Shown here in pieces: positions 62,201 through 64,000 of a stretch of 64,000 nucleotides of DNA. Numbering within the stretch: position 1 is the stretch's first letter; each line of letters opens with the position of its first letter. This DNA is from Auanema rhodensis. Taxonomy: Eukaryota; Animalia; Nematoda. The notes below the pieces were generated by a model. It saw nothing but the letters and a program-made list of their open reading frames with translations, did not search any database and had not been told where the DNA came from. The stretch lies in assembly GCA_964057225.1 (NCBI GenBank), contig OZ059899.1, forward strand, positions 13,640,001-13,704,000, read 5' to 3'. Made by a program: the position numbers and the translations under genes.

Positions 62201-64000
62201 AGAACGGAGTGGTAAAGATTTTCAATATGTTTACTGTGAATATTTCAACTTCTAGGAACCATGCACTCATCTAGTCCCTGCAGCAGCAAATGCTAAAATT
62301 ACAGAATGTTGTCGAAAGTTGCCCCGACTAAAGGTATGTAAAAATTAATTTAATTCCAATGTTCTTCTTAATTACCATCTAGATTGTGGATCCATCTTGG
62401 ATTATTGAAAGCATTATCAATGATAAAATGCTTCCAACTGAACAGTTTCCACTACAAAATGTTGCATATGCGTCATATGAAGGAAGAACTGATGATTTAT
62501 GGGTGGAGAGGCTTCCCACGACAGATGAATTAGATGAACCACCATCGTCTTCCATGACTATTGAGGAAGGTAGATATTTTTCTTTGTCAAGCTTTTCATC
62601 ATTTTTGCTGTTAAAGTTGACAACTTCATTCTCGGCGAAATTTCAAATACTGTTGAGAATACTTTCGAGCAACCGACTCCGGCACGATTCGAAGAGGTAT
62701 GTACTATATATTATACTTCACTGGATATTCTTCATTTTTAAGCCTCCACGTTCAACTCCTAGAAGAGTACCGGAAAGATTGGGTAGCGGTTTAAAGTTGG
62801 TTTGATTGATTCATGAACATTTCTAAATAAACTTTTAGACTTGAACTTGATGGCATGACTCAGGTGTTAGATGGAATATCAACTCCACCAGCAACAGACA
62901 ATGAATCTACGTTCAATTCTTTTGTAAAATCGTAATGCTCATCAATGAAATGATACAAAAATTTAGAGTGTCAGTGGTATAGGAAAAGTTTTGGCAGAGG
63001 CTGCTGTTAAAACCGCACAACCAGTGCAGAAAAGTTACAGTGAAAACTTATCACGATCTCCAATATCTAAACCAAGTGTAGAGTACTCCTATTCAGAAAA
63101 TGCAACTGTAAGACATTGAACTCAAGCTCATACCAAACGATATTTAGAGCTCTCACGGTTATGCTACACGCTCTCGGCGTAGTCTAAGCAGTCCCAAAAT
63201 CTCGATGGAAGAAGCTCTACCGTTTTTACAAAATAATGAAATCAGTGCAGCTTCCAGAAGGCTGGTTGAACAAAATCTGGCTGAAATGCGAAGTTGAAAT
63301 TTAGTCGTTTTCTTTTTCTAAATTTTTCTTCCCGTTTAGAAGAGCAGGCGATGGAAGAAGAAGCTGCTCAAGCTAAACAGGAAATCCGAACACCACATGG
63401 AAAAAGAAGAAGAAGATGTTTTGAAATATCTGATTCTCCTCAACCTAAGCGTACTTCTAGGAAAAATGAGCATGACTTCATTGACTGGGAGCCTAGGCCA
63501 GCGTAATTCTCCATTAATCTCTTTATTTTTATTTAATTAAACTTTCAGTATGCCTCTTATCGTAAACGGTTCTCCACAAAACAAGGGTGGCACATTTAAG
63601 GTACGACTTTCCTTGTTGAAATAATGTTTAACAGTTATTACTTGTTTAGGTTTCTGCTCCTAGTCATCATCCTACCATTTCTGCCGGCTCATCAAATAGC
63701 GAAGTAAATTAATAATTTTTTCATCTTCACAAAAATATATTAAGAAAGATCCTCGTGTGGAGAAAGATGCAGTATTAAACACGTTGTCTACAGTTTCAAC
63801 AAGAGCATCTTCTTTTCAAACTTCTATCCCAATGTAATCATTGACCCCTATTTTGACAAATTTAATTGTTGTTTTAGTTCGGCCAGGCAGCCTTCCGATT
63901 CTCGTATATTATCGGACAATAATCATCGAGTGAAATCATTCGAGAAGGAAAAAATTTTCTTATTCACTTCAATTTCAACACTCGAGGTAATACTAAAACT
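59273..64000 (+). CDS. mus-101: TopBP1/Mus101 multi-BRCT protein (5' partial, runs off the window)
   Basis: Serial BRCT repeats: VCFTGL...WMDG...VTHLI...PRWLEDGW; FKLPLF...ICTSG...HGG...CTHLI...PRWLRKCI; ATHIVV...KPDWIIECV; VTECWL...HPLFRPIP; CTHLV...VDPSWIIES. Confidence 0.9.

Noticed and set aside
416-63506. Most ORF-track entries rich in F/L/I/S or antisense to genes
   Set aside because: These are artefacts of AT-rich or microsatellite DNA, or shadows of spliced exons. No prokaryotic-type genes, CRISPR arrays or transposase/RT ORFs were seen.

Overview
AT-rich eukaryotic genomic DNA from a clade V (rhabditid) nematode, with many introns of about 40-50 nt and abundant (CT/GA)n tracts. I reconstructed spliced genes by hand. 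In order: 3' end of hgo-1; a FAM219-like CaaX protein; a serpentine chemoreceptor; a secreted two-DOMON/mucin-like protein; tRNA-Arg(TCT); drsh-1 (Drosha); nas-36 astacin with an intronic tRNA-Val(TAC); a dpy-2-like cuticle collagen; a small multi-TM protein; blmp-1 with about 10 kb of gene-free upstream DNA. A compact housekeeping block follows: HERP/tag-353 head-to-head with Derlin/cup-2, rps-21, rpl-31, sac-2, cox-4, exos-3, NDUFB10, UPF0598, and the 5' part of mus-101/TopBP1, probably arranged in operons. The most striking unexplained element is a ~500-nt hairpin-dense non-coding unit at about 5575-6073 on the minus strand. It has an upstream TATA box, a PSE-like element and a T8 terminator, so it is a candidate Pol III structured RNA, and it matches none of the families I could check by eye. 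CDS coordinates span introns. Orthology calls come from recognised motifs, not from database searches.
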